From NCBI GenBank assembly GCA_015680685.1, contig MNCI01002414.1, positions 1,747 through 65,746 on the forward strand: 64,000 nucleotides of DNA. The letters run 5' to 3'. The notes below the pieces were generated by a model. The model was not told the origin of the DNA, did not search any database, and saw only the letters and a list, made by a program, of their open reading frames with translations. The translations under genes and the position numbers were made by a program. Origin of the DNA: Gnetum montanum. Lineage: Eukaryota; Plantae; Gnetophyta. Below, in pieces: positions 62,369 through 64,000 of this stretch (the stretch's first letter is position 1; every line of letters begins with the position of its first letter).

Positions 62369-63482
62369 AAGAAGATGTTGTTTGGCTTGTGCAATGCCCC
62401 AGCAATGTTTCAATGTTTGGTTCTAAATATATTTTAGAAACAAATAGGAAATAGTGTGGAGGTCTTTATGGATGATTTCTCCACCTATGGAGAAAATTTC
62501 GAACAAGCATTGGACCAATTAGAGAAAGTACCAAAATGATGTGTAGAAACCAACTTAAGGCTTAATTGGAAAAAAGCCATTTAATGGTCCAAGAAGGCAT
62601 TGTATTAGGGCACAATATTTCACAAACATGGATAGAAATAGATACTAAAAATATTAAGGTCATCCAAGGAATTACTCAATAACCTAAAATTGTAAAAGAC
62701 AACTAATCATTCCTTGGACATATTGGCTATTATAGATGCTTCATTGAGAACTTTTCAACAATTGCAGAACATTTGGTAGAACTAATGAAGAACGATGCAT
62801 CTTTTAAATGGAGCAAGTAATGTGAGCTAGGTTTCCAAACCTTAAAATAGAAGCTTGAAGAAACACCTATTCTACAAGCTCCTGACTAGTCCAAATCATT
62901 TCACATAATGATTGACATGTCCAAGTTTTCCTTAGGAGTTGTACTTACATAGTTATATGACCAAAAATGTCCCTATTACATCCACTGTGCAAGTCAAAGT
63001 ATCATTGGTGCACAACTCAATTACACCACAATGGAAAAAGAGTTAATGGATATGGTGTTTGCAGTAGAAAAATTTAGGCACTATGTATTAGGCTATAAGA
63101 TATTTGTACATACAGATCATAGTGCAATTGGGTTCTTAATGAATAAACCAATAGTGAGCCCTTACATCATATGATGGCTCAAGATCTTATAAGAGTTGGA
63201 TCTTATGATGGTTGATCGTAAAGGCATCGAGAATGTTATTGCTGATCATTTATCTCTGTTGTGATTGGACAACAAAGAAGATAATATCTAATTTCTAACT
63301 ATTTCCCTAATGAACTCCTCTTTGTAGGTGTGATAAACAATCACTTACCCACTAATACAAATTGGTATAGTAGCATTCTCACTTATCTACTTACACAAGA
63401 AACACCACAAGGTTTAGACGTTAAAAAGAAACAACAGTTTCTTCACCAAGCCAAATATTTCATGGAAATTAATGGATACATT
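62369..63482 (+). pseudogene. Element C RT C-terminal part and RNase H
   Basis: KKMLFGLCNAPAMFQ, EVFMDDFS, SFLGHIGYYRCFI, NYTTMEKEL, HTDHSAI, NVIADHLS. Confidence 0.9.
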
Positions 63483-64000
63483 TGTAGTGACAGAAAACAT
63501 CAGTGGTTGAAAACATCAAGAGATTGTCGATTGCACAGTCTTAACCTCAGATCTGTGCGAGGACCGTGCTAGATAAAATGGAAGTGGGGTGCCTTGAACA
63601 GTCTGGTCGATCAGACAGGGACTTAGTCAATGTCACTAAACCTTATGTAAACATTTAATATGGAAACAATGCTTATAGCATAAAATAAAAATTATTAAAT
63701 GCAAGGAAGAAAAAATGATATAGAATGCAATGATAAGCAGGAAAATAAAGCAAACTAATGTTAAGAAATGCACCACTTCAAGATTACGACTTTACTTTGT
63801 CAAGATGGATACAATCGGTTGCGTAACACTGGGGAGCACAGAGATCACAAAAGTAACTAGGATGTTCAAAGCAAGCCAACATGCACTTGAATACGAACTT
63901 AAGGGCCAATAAGATGAAATGATACAAAGCCAACTTGTCGATTTTGTTAACAAATTGCTAACTATATTTTCCAACTAGGGATTTGTTTTTGCCCACCCTT
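63483..64000 (-). repeat. 3' part of a family-A LTR inserted antisense into element C; runs off the window
   Basis: The reverse complement matches about 14720-15209 and ends ...GTCACTACA. Confidence 0.88.

Larger units (their letters stand above)
31356..63482 (+). mobile_element. Element C: Athila-like Gypsy (gag-PR-RT-RH), split by B and cut by an LTR at 63483
   Basis: RT reads ...SPWGIFAY before the B insertion and resumes (Y)KKMLFGLCNAPAMFQ after it, with TSD CATAT. Confidence 0.85.

Overview
Repeat-dense, cytosine-decayed land-plant-type nuclear DNA. It is almost entirely nested LTR retrotransposons plus LINE debris, with no intact host gene. Left part: a minus-strand Tat-like Gypsy remnant (PR then archaeal-type RNase H) is interrupted by a young LTR (1-393) and by a Copia element (3290-7666, TSD AATAT). 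A truncated Tat/Ogre-like element A (13358-24649) sits inside a LINE fragment, followed by a duplicate of its own left flank and LTR. Right part: an Athila-like element C (from about 31356) has its RT split by a full-length Tat/Ogre-like element B (36209-62363, TSD CATAT). B in turn contains a gag-PR-only element D (37799-45981, minus) whose LTRs carry captured host-gene fragments, including aminoacylase-1. The most striking feature is in the A/B family: gag-PR and RT-RH-aRH-INT are separated by about 6 kb. This interval holds an antisense, TATA-preceded, roughly 8-exon gene with phase-compatible splice sites in both copies. It encodes an FCP1/NIF-like HAD domain with a substituted catalytic motif, fused to a plant-transposon-type domain and a coiled coil. 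The module is bracketed by related tandem arrays, and its introns share a palindromic GCTAY/RTAGC motif with the LTRs. All copies here are pseudogenised. All homology calls are by eye, with no database searches.
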